Assembly: GCA_035995985.1 (NCBI GenBank)
Contig: DASYJY010000155.1
Location: forward strand, 16,416-80,415
DNA length: 64,000 nt
Reading direction: 5' to 3'
Origin: Thermoanaerobaculia bacterium
GTDB lineage: Bacteria; Acidobacteriota; Thermoanaerobaculia; Gp7-AA8
Numbering within the stretch: the first letter of the stretch is position 1; each line of letters begins with the position of its first letter. This document shows, piece after piece, positions 49,837-59,917 of this stretch. The position numbers and the translations under genes are program-made. The notes under the pieces are model-generated. The model was not told where the DNA came from. It made no database searches and saw only the letters and a program-made list of their open reading frames with translations.

Positions 49837-51138
49837 ATGGCCGAGCGCGTCTGGAAAGTAAGTGAGCTCATCCGTCAAATCAACGTCGACCTCTTTCGTT
49901 ACAACGACATAAGCGTCGAAGGCGAAGCAACCAATGTGGTCCGTTCCGCCGCCGGTCATATTTATTTTTCGATCAAAGATTCGCGGGCGCAGATGCGGGT
50001 GGTGCTCTTCGCCACCAATTCGCGCTTTCTCCGTTTCCGCATCGAGAACGGTTTGCAGCTCGTCGTCCGCGGCCGCTTGGCGTTGTACGAGCAAAAGGGG
50101 GAGTTCCAGCTCAACGCTGTCGCCGTCGAGCCGGCCGGCCTCGGCGCACTACAACTGGCGTTCGAGCAGCTCAAGAAACAGCTCGCCGATGAAGGCCTCT
50201 TCGATTCGGCACGCAAGAAACCGATTCCGATGCTGCCGCAGCGAATCGCCATCGTCACCAGTCCAACCGGCGCCGCGATCCGCGACGTCCTCAACGTCCT
50301 CGGGCGCCGCTTTGCGGGGCTGAGCGTTCAGATTTATCCGGTGCGCGTGCAAGGCCGCGACGCCGCGCGCGAGATCACCATCGCCATTCGTCGCCTGTCG
50401 CGCTGGCAGTTGCACGACGTCGTGCTGATCTGCCGCGGCGGAGGATCGCTAGAAGACCTCTGGGCATTCAACGAGGAGTCGCTCGCGCGCGCCGTCGCTG
50501 CCTGCTCGATTCCGACGATTTCCGCTATCGGCCACGAAACCGACTTCACCATCTGCGACTTCGTAGCCGACCTACGCGCGCCGACGCCGTCCGCCGCCGC
50601 CGAAATTGTGATTCGCGCCAAGAGCGAGATTTGTATGCAGATCGATCACATGACGCGGCGCGTGCGTCACGTGGTCGAGTCGCGCGTTCGCAACTACCGC
50701 CACGAGCTTCGCCATCTCGCGTCGTCCGATCGGCTCGGCCTCCTGCCCCGCCGCATCGCATCGCGCCGCGAACGCCTCGACCGCAGCCGCGTCACGCTCT
50801 TCCGCATGCTCGAAGCGCGCGCCCGCTCGATGCGCGCGCGACTGGCCGCCGTCAACGCACCGCTGCTGCGCTTTCCGTCGCAAGTCGCCCGCGAACGCGA
50901 ACGCCTCCGCTCCACCGCCGCCACCCTCGGCGCTGTCTCGCCACTCTCCGTCCTCTCCCGTGGCTACGCCATCGCCTTCTCGCGCACGAAACGCGGCAAA
51001 CGGAAGCCGATCATGGACGTCGCCTCCGTCGCGATCGGCGAACCGATCGAAGTTCAGTTGAAGACAGGCCGGCTCGAATGCACGGTTGACGCAAAGACGA
51101 TGGGGCTTGAGACTGTGTGGCCCACAACAGGGGAGTGA
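49837..51138 (+). CDS. xseA: exodeoxyribonuclease VII large subunit
   Basis: ATG 49837 gives MAERVWKVSELIRQIN...ISVEGEATNVVRSAAGHIYFSIKD. GRGGGSLEDLWAFN motif. Confidence 0.9.
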   Translation: MAERVWKVSELIRQINVDLFRYNDISVEGEATNVVRSAAGHIYFSIKDSRAQMRVVLFATNSRFLRFRIENGLQLVVRGRLALYEQKGEFQLNAVAVEPAGLGALQLAFEQLKKQLADEGLFDSARKKPIPMLPQRIAIVTSPTGAAIRDVLNVLGRRFAGLSVQIYPVRVQGRDAAREITIAIRRLSRWQLHDVVLICRGGGSLEDLWAFNEESLARAVAACSIPTISAIGHETDFTICDFVADLRAPTPSAAAEIVIRAKSEICMQIDHMTRRVRHVVESRVRNYRHELRHLASSDRLGLLPRRIASRRERLDRSRVTLFRMLEARARSMRARLAAVNAPLLRFPSQVARERERLRSTAATLGAVSPLSVLSRGYAIAFSRTKRGKRKPIMDVASVAIGEPIEVQLKTGRLECTVDAKTMGLETVWPTTGE

Positions 51139-51413
51139 TGGCCCGCAAGTCGAACGAATTCGAAAAAGCCTTTCAGCATCTCGAGACGATCGTGAAGCGT
51201 CTGGAGTCGGAGGAGATGCCGCTCGATGAGTCGCTGCAACTCTTCGAGGAGGGCATCCGGCTCTCTCGCTTCTGCAATCAGAAGCTGGAAGAGGTGGAGA
51301 AGAAGATCGAACTGATTCTCGCCGACGCCAAGGGACAGCCGCGCATCGAGCCGTTCGAGAGCGAGGAGCTCGACGAGCAGTCCGAGTTGCCAGCCGAGGA
51401 CGATGAGGAGTGA
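51138..51413 (+). CDS. xseB: exodeoxyribonuclease VII small subunit
   Basis: The ATG overlaps the xseA stop (TGATG). FEKAFQHLETIVKRLESEEMPLDESLQLFEEG. Confidence 0.9.
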   Translation: MARKSNEFEKAFQHLETIVKRLESEEMPLDESLQLFEEGIRLSRFCNQKLEEVEKKIELILADAKGQPRIEPFESEELDEQSELPAEDDEE

Positions 51414-52300
51414 GTGAGCTCGGCGACTATTTGAATTCGAAACGGCAACTCGTCGATCGCGTGCTCGACGCGAACCTTCCTCCGGGCGACATAGAACCAA
51501 CGGTCATTCATGAAGCGATGCGTTACGCCGTTCTCGGCGGCGGCAAACGGATCCGGCCGATCGTCGCCATCGCCGCAGCGGAAGCGTGCGGCGCCCACGT
51601 CGATGACCTTCTGCTTCCCATCGCGGCGCTGGAGCTGATCCACACCTACTCGCTGGTCCACGACGATCTCCCTGCCCTCGATGACGACGACCTTCGCCGC
51701 GGACGGAAGACCACGCACGTAGTTTTCGGCGAAGCGATCGGCATCCTCACCGGCGACGCGTTGCTCACCGAGGCGTTCTCGTGGCTGGCGCGGCCTGTCG
51801 TCGGAGTGGACGCGGCGCATCAGCTTCGCGCCATCCGCCAAGTCGCGATCGCCGTCGATTCGAAAGGGATGATCGGCGGCCAGGTTGCCGACATCATCGC
51901 CACCGGCACGGACAAATCGACGCCCGAGCTGCTCGACTTCATCCATCGCAACAAAACCGGCAAGCTGTTGACGGCGTCCGTCGTCCTCGGCGGGCTGCTG
52001 GCAAACGCTTCCGACGACAAGATTGAGGCGCTGCGGAGTTACGGCAATGCGGTCGGCCTGGCGTTCCAGATCGTCGACGACCTGCTCGATCAGGAAGAAG
52101 ACGCGGCCACGCTCGGCAAGACGGCTGGGAAGGATGTTGCACAAGGGAAGCTCACCTACCCCGCACTTTTCGGCACGGATGCAGCACGGGCCAGGGTCGA
52201 GTCGCTCCTCAGCGAGGCCCTCAGCAACGCTGCTATCATCGCCGGCCGTGTGAACTATCTCCCCGGAATCGCGCGTTTCATCTGCGAACGGCGATCCTGA
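51410..52300 (+). CDS. ispA: polyprenyl (farnesyl/geranylgeranyl) diphosphate synthase
   Basis: The GTG overlaps the xseB stop. First DDxxD region LVHDDLPALDDDDLRRG. Second motif FQIVDDLLD. Confidence 0.9.
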   Translation: MSELGDYLNSKRQLVDRVLDANLPPGDIEPTVIHEAMRYAVLGGGKRIRPIVAIAAAEACGAHVDDLLLPIAALELIHTYSLVHDDLPALDDDDLRRGRKTTHVVFGEAIGILTGDALLTEAFSWLARPVVGVDAAHQLRAIRQVAIAVDSKGMIGGQVADIIATGTDKSTPELLDFIHRNKTGKLLTASVVLGGLLANASDDKIEALRSYGNAVGLAFQIVDDLLDQEEDAATLGKTAGKDVAQGKLTYPALFGTDAARARVESLLSEALSNAAIIAGRVNYLPGIARFICERRS

Positions 52301-52317
52301 GAGGCGCCGCACCTGCC

Positions 52318-54348
52318 ATGACGCTCCTCGACACCATCAACTCACCGCAAGACCTCCGCAAACTCGATCGGAAGCAGCTGCACCAGCTCGCGGACGAGAT
52401 CCGCCACCGCATCATCGAAGTCGTTTCGAAAATCGGCGGCCATTTCGGCGGCAACCTCGGCATCGTTGAGCTGACGCTGGCACTCCACTACGTCTTCGAT
52501 ACGCCGCGCGATCAGGTCGTCTTCGATACCGGCCATCAGACCTATCCGCACAAACTCATCACCGGCCGCCGCGATACGTTCGACACCATCCGCATGCACG
52601 GCGGCATTTCCGGCTTCTGCAAGCGCGAAGAGTCGGAGTACGACGTCTTCAACGCCGGCCACGCGTCGACGTCGATCTCGGCCGCCCTCGGCATCGCCGT
52701 CGCGCGCGACATCAAACACGATGACTACCGCGTCGTTGCCATCATCGGCGACGGGGCACTGTCCGGCGGTCTCGCACTCGAAGGGCTGAATCAAGCCGGT
52801 CATCTCAAGCGCAAGCTGATGATCATCCTCAACGACAACGACATGTCGATCTCGACGAACGTCGGCGCGATGTCCGGCTACCTCAACGGGATCATCAAGG
52901 GGCAGACTTACAACAAGGGGAAGGATCTGGCGCGCGGCATCATGGATCGCATCCCGCTCGTCGGCGGCAAGCTTCACGGCATGGCCAGCGACATGGAGCA
53001 GCTCTTCAAACACATGATCGTGCCGGGCACGCTCTTCGAGGAGCTCGGCTTCAAATACCTCGGGCCCTTCGACGGCCACGATCTCGATTTCCTCATCGAC
53101 CTCTTCGAGAAAAACAAGGACTACAACGGCCCGCTCCTCGTCCACGTGATCACGAAAAAAGGGAAGGGCTACGTGCCGGCGGAGAATCGTCCGATCTGGT
53201 CACACGGCGTCTCGCCGTTCGATATCGACTCGGGCGATGTAGTGAAGTCGACGAAGGCGTCGCCACCGAGCTACACCGCTGTTTTCGCGGAGACCCTGAT
53301 CGAGCTCGCCAAGCGTGATCCGAAAATCGTCGGCATCACCGCGGCGATGCCGGACGGCACGGGGATGGACAAGTTTGCGAAGGCCTTCCCGGAACGCGCA
53401 TTCGACGTCGGCATCGCCGAAGAGCATGCGGTGACGTTCTGCGGCGGGTTGGCAACGCAGGGGATGAAGCCGATCGCGGCGATCTATTCGACGTTCCTGC
53501 AGCGCGCGTTCGATCAGGTCTTCCACGACGTGGCGATCATGGATCTGCCGGTGGTCTTCGCGCTCGACCGCGGCGGCATCGCCGGCGCTGACGGGCCGAC
53601 GCACCACGGCATCTATGACATGGCTTACCTGCGCATTTTCCCGAACATGGTCTGCATGGCGCCGAAGGACGAGAACGAGCTGCGGCACATGCTGAAGACG
53701 TCGTTCGAAACCGGCCATCCGACGTCACTGCGCTACCCGCGCGGCAACGGCTTCGGCGTGATGATGGACGCGGAGCTGCAGTCGCTACCGATCGGCAAAG
53801 GCGAGGTCATGCGCGAAGGAAACGCCGGCGCGATCTTCGCCATCGGCAACGAAGTCTGGCCGTCGATGCAGGCGGCCGAGATGCTTGCCAAAGAAGGAAT
53901 CGAAGTCGCCGTCATCAACGCGCGCTTCATCAAGCCGCTCGACGACGAGCTGATCGCGAAGTACTGCCGCCCCTTCACGAAAATCATCACCGTCGAAGAA
54001 GGCTCTCTCGCCGGCGGCTTCGGCGCGGCGATCATGGAGCGCGTCCAGCAACTCGGTATCCGCGACGTCGCCTTCCACCGCATCGGCATCCCCGACGAAT
54101 ACGTGCATCACGGCGCCCAGGAAGTCCTGCGCGCGCAGTACGACCTCGACGCGAATGGGATCGCGAAGCGGGTTCGGGAGTTTGTGGGGAAACAAAAGTC
54201 CGGTACGCTTGCTGATCTCGGTGCGATTCTCGACGAAGCGGGGAGCCGCATCCCGGACGCCGATCTGAAGCGAATGCACGACCGTGGTGTTGATTCCGAC
54301 CATATCGACGAGGTCGTATATGGCCTACGGCGACGCGTCGCGAAGTGA
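52318..54348 (+). CDS. dxs: 1-deoxy-D-xylulose-5-phosphate synthase carrying a ~50-aa non-Dxs C-terminal tail
   Basis: GGHFGGNLGIVELTLALH and IGDGALSGGLALEGLN (TPP motif). The Dxs-like sequence ends near ...DANGIAKRVREFVGKQ (aa ~626). The frame then continues through SGTLADLGAILDEAGSRIPDADLKRMHDRGVDSDHIDEVVYGLRRRVAK. Confidence 0.9.
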   Translation: MTLLDTINSPQDLRKLDRKQLHQLADEIRHRIIEVVSKIGGHFGGNLGIVELTLALHYVFDTPRDQVVFDTGHQTYPHKLITGRRDTFDTIRMHGGISGFCKREESEYDVFNAGHASTSISAALGIAVARDIKHDDYRVVAIIGDGALSGGLALEGLNQAGHLKRKLMIILNDNDMSISTNVGAMSGYLNGIIKGQTYNKGKDLARGIMDRIPLVGGKLHGMASDMEQLFKHMIVPGTLFEELGFKYLGPFDGHDLDFLIDLFEKNKDYNGPLLVHVITKKGKGYVPAENRPIWSHGVSPFDIDSGDVVKSTKASPPSYTAVFAETLIELAKRDPKIVGITAAMPDGTGMDKFAKAFPERAFDVGIAEEHAVTFCGGLATQGMKPIAAIYSTFLQRAFDQVFHDVAIMDLPVVFALDRGGIAGADGPTHHGIYDMAYLRIFPNMVCMAPKDENELRHMLKTSFETGHPTSLRYPRGNGFGVMMDAELQSLPIGKGEVMREGNAGAIFAIGNEVWPSMQAAEMLAKEGIEVAVINARFIKPLDDELIAKYCRPFTKIITVEEGSLAGGFGAAIMERVQQLGIRDVAFHRIGIPDEYVHHGAQEVLRAQYDLDANGIAKRVREFVGKQKSGTLADLGAILDEAGSRIPDADLKRMHDRGVDSDHIDEVVYGLRRRVAK

Positions 54349-54752
54349 TGCCGGAATACTTCGTCGACACTTGGTACCTTATTGCGCGCATTGATCGCTT
54401 TGACGCGCATCACTCGCAGGCTCGCCGTCTTGAATCCCGGTTGAAGCTCGCGACGCTCGTCACGCATGACGCCGTTCTGACTGAACTCCTGGCGTACTTC
54501 TCGGGTGAGGGAGCAAACGCCCGCATCGAGGCAGTTCATGCGGTCCGCGAGGTCGCCGCAACGTTGATCGTCATTCCAGGCAGCCGCGATCTTTTCGAGC
54601 GAGCACTGAATCTTTACGAACGTCGTCCCGATAAGGAGTACTCGCTCGTCGACTGCATGTCGATGACGCTCACGCGCGAGCGCGGGATCACGCACGTCCT
54701 CACGAACGACCATCACTTCCGCCAGGAAGGGTTCACCGTCGTTAACGAATGA
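54348..54752 (+). CDS. PIN-domain (VapC-like) ribonuclease toxin
   Basis: MPEYFVDTWYLIARI... has the four PIN acidic positions (VDT, LTELL, LVDCMS, TNDHHF). ATG 54348 shares one base with the dxs stop (TGATG), or GTG 54345 overlaps it. The stop overlaps the tlyA ATG (ATGA). Confidence 0.8.
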   Translation: MPEYFVDTWYLIARIDRFDAHHSQARRLESRLKLATLVTHDAVLTELLAYFSGEGANARIEAVHAVREVAATLIVIPGSRDLFERALNLYERRPDKEYSLVDCMSMTLTRERGITHVLTNDHHFRQEGFTVVNE

Positions 54753-55492
54753 AGAAGCAGCGGCTGGACGTCGCCCTCGTCGAACGCGGACTTTGTGAAA
54801 CGCGGTCGAAGGCGCAGTCGCTGATCATGGCCCGGCGGATACTCGTCAACGGCCGGCATGTCGACAAGGCGGGAGCGAACGTCGCCGATGACGATGAGTT
54901 GCGCATCGAGGCGCTGGAGCACCCCTGGGTCGGACGCGGTGGGATGAAGCTCGCGCATGCGCTGCGCGAATTCGGGATCAGCGTCGAAGGGAAGGTCTGC
55001 GCCGACATCGGCGCGTCGACCGGCGGCTTCACCGACGTCATGCTCAAGAACGGCGCGAAGAAGGTTTACGCAATCGACGTCGGCTACGGACAGATCGACG
55101 TTTCGCTTCGCAATGATCCGCGGGTGATCAATCGCGAGAAGGTCAACGCGCGTTATCTCACCGCGGCGGATTTTGACGAGGTCATCGAATTCGTTGCCAT
55201 AGACGTCTCCTTCATTCCGCTCAAGCTGATCCTGCCGGCCGTGGCCACGTTTCTTCACGGCGATCTCGTTGCGCTGATCAAACCGCAGTTCGAAGTCGGC
55301 AAGGCCGACGTCGGAAAAGGCGGGATCGTTCGCGACGAAATCAAGCGTGCGGCGGCCGTCGATGCCGTCGTCGCGTTCGCGCGCGAGATCGGTTTCGAGG
55401 TTCGCGGCGTCATCGAGAGTCCGGTCAAGGGCGCCGAGGGAAATGTCGAATATCTGATGTCCGCAGGAAATTTGGCGAATCGGGCCATCTAA
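54749..55492 (+). CDS. tlyA: TlyA family rRNA 2'-O-methyltransferase
   Basis: N-terminal S4 domain RLDVALVERGLCETRSKAQSLI. DIGASTGGFTD SAM motif. Confidence 0.9.
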   Translation: MKKQRLDVALVERGLCETRSKAQSLIMARRILVNGRHVDKAGANVADDDELRIEALEHPWVGRGGMKLAHALREFGISVEGKVCADIGASTGGFTDVMLKNGAKKVYAIDVGYGQIDVSLRNDPRVINREKVNARYLTAADFDEVIEFVAIDVSFIPLKLILPAVATFLHGDLVALIKPQFEVGKADVGKGGIVRDEIKRAAAVDAVVAFAREIGFEVRGVIESPVKGAEGNVEYLMSAGNLANRAI

Positions 55493-55572
55493 TCAGGGCA
55501 GCCGGATTCCGGCGGTGGAGCTGCGCTTCGTCTGGGTCGCGTGGCTTCGCCAATGGGTCCGGCTGCACTTTT

Positions 55573-56427
55573 TTACGGTCGCAGCCGCAGATACTCGCGC
55601 AATCCCTCTTCCCACGACTCCGGTTTCAGGCCGGTGATTCGTTCGTAGCGTTCCGTCGAAAGGACCGAGTACGAAGGTCTCTTCGCCGGCCGTTTGAAAG
55701 CGTCGCTCGAAACGCGGAGCACGGTTGCGTCGTCGCCGACGAACGCCTGCGCGAAGTCAAACCACGTGCACTCCGGCTCATCCGCGTAGTGCACGATGCC
55801 TCGCGCGTTCTCGTCGCCGTGCGCTCGTTGCGCGAGCCGGACAATCGCGTCCGCGAGATGCGGCGTGTACGTGGGACGGCCGCGCTGGTCGTTGACGACG
55901 CGCAGCGGGTTCGTTCCTTTGCGAATTTGACTGCAGATCGCTTCGACGAAGTTCGGACCGTGAACTCCGAACAGCCACGCCGTTCGCAGGATGATGTGCT
56001 TTCGCGCGACGCTCGCAGCTTCTTCGCCGGCGAGTTTCGACCGCCCGTATGCGGACAGCGGCGCCGGCACGTCGTCGACTTCGTACGGCGTCTGTTTCGA
56101 ACCATCGAAAACAAAGTCGGTCGAGATGTGGACGAGCAGCGCGTCAGCCTCATTCGCCGCGTCGGCGAGGAACTCGACCGCGGATCCGTTGATGGCAGTC
56201 GCCAGCTGCTCGTTTGCTTCCGCGTCGTCGACCTTCGTGTACGCCGCGCAATTAACGATGATGTCGGGGTTCGCGCCGAGCACTGCCTCGTGCACCGCGG
56301 CGGCATCGGTGATGTCGAGATCGGACTTCGTCAGCGGCAGGACGGTGTCACCGCGTGACTCCAGCGCGGCGCAAACATCGTGGCCGACCATCCCACCCGC
56401 TCCCGTGACGAGCCAGCGCAGCGTCAC
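55573..56427 (-). CDS. rfbD: dTDP-4-dehydrorhamnose reductase
   Basis: LVTGAGGMVG, NCAAYTKVD and YGRSKLAGE. Confidence 0.9.
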   Translation of the reverse strand: MTLRWLVTGAGGMVGHDVCAALESRGDTVLPLTKSDLDITDAAAVHEAVLGANPDIIVNCAAYTKVDDAEANEQLATAINGSAVEFLADAANEADALLVHISTDFVFDGSKQTPYEVDDVPAPLSAYGRSKLAGEEAASVARKHIILRTAWLFGVHGPNFVEAICSQIRKGTNPLRVVNDQRGRPTYTPHLADAIVRLAQRAHGDENARGIVHYADEPECTWFDFAQAFVGDDATVLRVSSDAFKRPAKRPSYSVLSTERYERITGLKPESWEEGLREYLRLRP

Positions 56428-57197
56428 GCGTACTTGCCGCCGTCGGTTTTGAGCTGGACTTTGATCTGCCGCGGCTCGCGCGGAACGATCAGGCCGAGGG
56501 CGAAGAACGCGTAGAGAATGCGCGCGTTGTCCGCGGACGCCAGCGGCGGCGTGTTCACCAGCTCGTAGAGGACCTTGCGTCCGTCAACCGCGTCGAGCAG
56601 TCGCTGCTCCTCCGCATCGAGCACCAGCCCCTCGGTGTGACCTGCCGAGCGGCCGAAGAGCGTCGTCTTGATGCCGAGACGCGCCACGAGTGCGCGTGCG
56701 TCGGCCACGCGCCGGACGCCGTGCAGGATCGCCATCGGCACGGGGATGTCGACCTTGATGAACTCCAGCCGTTTGTCACGTCCGGCGGTGAAACTGACGA
56801 TGCCCGAGTCCCAGCCGAAGATCGGCCAGATGATTTCTTCGATCTGTCCGCGGACCGCGGTGAAGAGCTCTTCCGCCGAAAGCGCCTTCATCTCCACGAG
56901 CGTGGTGCCGTGGCGGTTGCCGGTCTCTCTCGCGCGCGTGACGCTTTCCTCGTACTGCCGCCGCGTGATGCGGCCTTCGCGGAGGAGCTTGTCGCCGAGT
57001 GATTCGGCGAGCTGGTTGGTCGTCGCGAAAACGATCTGCCCGTGATCGAGGTAGATCCGCTTGACCTCATCGCCGCGTTTGCAATCGACGCGTCCCGGCG
57101 CACGGTATCGATGGATCTTTACCAGCACCTCGGCCAGAGGCATCTGGGAGATCTCCGTTTGATACAGAGGTGCTGCGGGTTCCGGCGTCAGTGGCAA
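56424..57197 (-). CDS. DUF4388 domain protein
   Basis: ISQMPLAEVLVKIHRYRAPGRVDCKRGDEVKRIYLDHGQIVFATTNQLAESLGDKLLREGRIT matches my recollection of the DUF4388 pattern. A second domain of unknown type follows. Confidence 0.55.
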   Translation of the reverse strand: MPLTPEPAAPLYQTEISQMPLAEVLVKIHRYRAPGRVDCKRGDEVKRIYLDHGQIVFATTNQLAESLGDKLLREGRITRRQYEESVTRARETGNRHGTTLVEMKALSAEELFTAVRGQIEEIIWPIFGWDSGIVSFTAGRDKRLEFIKVDIPVPMAILHGVRRVADARALVARLGIKTTLFGRSAGHTEGLVLDAEEQRLLDAVDGRKVLYELVNTPPLASADNARILYAFFALGLIVPREPRQIKVQLKTDGGKYA

Positions 57198-57217
57198 AGC
57201 GCGCCCTTCGAAAGCTG

Positions 57218-57400
57218 TTACGCGTCCTTCTTCTCTTCGACTTGTGGCGCTTTCTTTTCTTCGCGGCCCTTGAGACCGTCGCGGAAATTCGAAATGCCTT
57301 CGCCGAGGCCCTTACCGAGCTGCGGAAGTTTCCCCGCGCCGAAAATGACGATGACGATGACGAGGATGAGGGCGAGCTCAGGAAATCCCAGACCAAACAT
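57218..57400 (-). CDS. tatA: twin-arginine translocase subunit TatA/E
   Basis: [43 protein letters not shown]. Confidence 0.9.
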   Translation of the reverse strand: MFGLGFPELALILVIVIVIFGAGKLPQLGKGLGEGISNFRDGLKGREEKKAPQVEEKKDA

Positions 57401-57541
57401 TAGTAAGCCTCCGAGTTGGTTGCCGCGGCGGCCCCTGGCTCCCGCATCGACGAACCTGCAAAGTGTAGTACGAATCGATGATTTGCCAACAGAACAAGGC
57501 GCGATGGCGAGTGGATTTCGCCTCGGAAAACGACTGTTACC

Positions 57542-59917
57542 ATGCGCCCAATGATCGACCTCACCGGACTAAACCCGCAGCAGCGCGAAGCCGTAACGCA
57601 CGGCGAAGGGCCGCTGCTCGTCCTGGCCGGAGCGGGGTCCGGAAAGACGCGCGTGATCACGTATCGCATCGCGTGGCTGATCGGCGAGCTCGGTGTGCAT
57701 CCGACGAACATCCTGGCCGTCACGTTTACGAACAAGGCCGCCAGCGAGATGGTGAGCCGCGTCGGCCACCTCGTGCCGGGCAGCGGCGCGCGCGCGCACG
57801 GAAACCTCTGGATCGGCACGTTTCACTCGACGTCGCTCCGGATGCTGCGCCGCTACGCCGACCGCCTCGGCTACACGAAGTCGTTCGCCGTTTACGACAC
57901 CTCGGATCAACTCACGCTCGTCCGCCGCTGCATGCGCGAGCTGCAGATGAACGATGAGGCGTTCCCGCCGCGATCGATCCTGAACCGCATTTCGGCGTCG
58001 AAGAATGAGCTGATTGGACCGGCCGAGTACGAGAAAGGGAACCTCGACTTCTTCGGGTCGCGAGTGTCCGAGGTCTATCGGATGTATCAGCGCCGGCTCA
58101 AAGAGTACGACGCCATGGATTTCGATGACCTCATCGGAAACTACGTCGCGCTGATCGAGAAGAACGAAGACATCGCGGAAGAGATCCACAACCGTTTTCA
58201 ACACCTGCTGATCGACGAATATCAGGACACGAACCGCGCGCAGTACATGCTCATCAAGGCGCTGGCCGGCAAGAAGCAGAACATCGTCGCAGTCGGCGAT
58301 GAGGATCAGTCGATCTACAAGTTCCGCGGCGCGGACATCAACAACATCCTCAATTTTGAGCGCGATTTTCCCGGCGCGCGAATTATCAAACTCGAACAGA
58401 ACTACCGCTCCACCGGCAACATCCTCGACGCCGCGACCGGCGTCGTCGCGAACAACATTGCCCGGAAAGGGAAAACGCTTTTCACCGACTCCGGCAGCGG
58501 CGAACCGGTACGCGTGGTGACATGCAGCAACGAGCGCGAGGAAGCGACGTTCGTCATCGACAAGATGACCAGCATGCGCGGGCGCTACAAGCTGTCCGAC
58601 TACGCGATTCTGTTTCGCACGAACGCGCAGTCGCGGCCGTTTGAAGAAGAGCTGCTGCGCGGCAACATTCCGTACTCCGTCGTCGGCGGCGTGAAGTTTT
58701 ACGAACGCGCCGAGATCAAGGACGTGCTTTCGTTTCTGCGGCTAGCCATCCGTCCGCACGACACGCCGTCGATCGAGCGCGTGATCAACGTGCCGTCGCG
58801 CGGCATCGGCGACACGACCATGAAGGCGCTCAACGATCAGTCGACGGAGCAGAACGTGACGCTGTGGACGGTTATCGAGGGCAGTCTCTCCTTCCTGCCG
58901 CCGCGGGCGTCGAAGGCGGTGAAGGAGTTCCGCGACATCGTGCACGACCTGCAGCGCGCGGCGAACAATCCGCTCCCCGAGCTTTATGACTATCTGCTAC
59001 TGCGCACCGGCTACCGACGCATGCTGTCGGAATCGCGCGACGTTCAGGACGAGTCGCGCCTGCAGAACATCGACGAAATGATGAACTCCGCCCGCGAGTA
59101 CACGGAGCAGAACCCGGGCGCAACTCTCGGCGACTACCTCGACTCGCTGACGCTGATGTCGGATCTCGACAAGTACGAGTCGCAGAAGGGCGTCACGCTG
59201 ATGACACTGCATGCCGCGAAGGGCCTCGAGTTCAAAGTGGTCTTCCTCACCGGCATGGAGGAAGGGATCCTGCCGCACTCGCAGTCGAAGGATTCGAATG
59301 AGGATCTCGAGGAAGAACGCCGCCTCTGCTACGTCGGCATGACGCGGGCCCGCGAACAACTCTGGTGCGTGCACTGCCTGGAGCGGCGGCTGCACGGGCA
59401 GTTCCGCGAGCAGAGTCCGTCGCCGTTCCTCACCGAGATTCCGGAGAAGGTGCGCGAGGAAGTGCGCATGGCGCGCGCGCGGTACGTTCCCGATGCGCCG
59501 TTGTGGCGTGAGCGGCCGATGAAGCAGAGCGATCGCTACAGCGACCGGTATTCGGGCGAGCCGCGCCGTACGCAACAGTCGGCGTATTCGCGTCCGGCTT
59601 CACCGCCGCCGCGCATCGCGTCACCCGCTCCCGCGCCGCCTCCTCCGCGCAAGAACGACTCCGTCAACGGCGTGTTGTCATTTTTCAAAGAGTCGCCGGT
59701 GCAACTCGATCCCGCCGCACTCCGTCCTGCCACGCCGCCGAGCGGCGCACCGGCGGCGTTGAAGCGCGGTCAACGCGTTCGCCACGAACAATTCGGCGAC
59801 GGCACGATCCTGACGATGGAAGGCTCCGGCCCCGAGGCCAAGCTCACGGTTTACTTCGACCGCGGCATTGGCTCGAAGAAGTTCATCGCCAAGTACGCGA
59901 AGTTAATGCGGCTCTGA
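57542..59917 (+). CDS. uvrD: UvrD/PcrA-type ATP-dependent DNA helicase with proline-rich linker and C-terminal Tudor-like domain
   Basis: [24 protein letters not shown] and VGMTRAR motifs. The C-terminus is [19 protein letters not shown]... Confidence 0.9.
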   Translation: MRPMIDLTGLNPQQREAVTHGEGPLLVLAGAGSGKTRVITYRIAWLIGELGVHPTNILAVTFTNKAASEMVSRVGHLVPGSGARAHGNLWIGTFHSTSLRMLRRYADRLGYTKSFAVYDTSDQLTLVRRCMRELQMNDEAFPPRSILNRISASKNELIGPAEYEKGNLDFFGSRVSEVYRMYQRRLKEYDAMDFDDLIGNYVALIEKNEDIAEEIHNRFQHLLIDEYQDTNRAQYMLIKALAGKKQNIVAVGDEDQSIYKFRGADINNILNFERDFPGARIIKLEQNYRSTGNILDAATGVVANNIARKGKTLFTDSGSGEPVRVVTCSNEREEATFVIDKMTSMRGRYKLSDYAILFRTNAQSRPFEEELLRGNIPYSVVGGVKFYERAEIKDVLSFLRLAIRPHDTPSIERVINVPSRGIGDTTMKALNDQSTEQNVTLWTVIEGSLSFLPPRASKAVKEFRDIVHDLQRAANNPLPELYDYLLLRTGYRRMLSESRDVQDESRLQNIDEMMNSAREYTEQNPGATLGDYLDSLTLMSDLDKYESQKGVTLMTLHAAKGLEFKVVFLTGMEEGILPHSQSKDSNEDLEEERRLCYVGMTRAREQLWCVHCLERRLHGQFREQSPSPFLTEIPEKVREEVRMARARYVPDAPLWRERPMKQSDRYSDRYSGEPRRTQQSAYSRPASPPPRIASPAPAPPPPRKNDSVNGVLSFFKESPVQLDPAALRPATPPSGAPAALKRGQRVRHEQFGDGTILTMEGSGPEAKLTVYFDRGIGSKKFIAKYAKLMRL

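Noticed and set aside
55496-55575. gcagccgga ... tccggctgc pairing followed by tttttt after tlyA, considered as a terminator.
   Set aside because: It is a 9-bp stem with a ~51-nt loop, which is not a convincing intrinsic terminator on its own. The T-run overlaps the rfbD stop. I left it unannotated.
59903-59917. 15-nt overlap of the convergent 3' ends of uvrD and ftsB, and a 6-nt overlap at 17855-17860 between the PAP2 and YihY-family genes.
   Set aside because: Short convergent overlaps are common in compact GC-rich genomes and need no special explanation.
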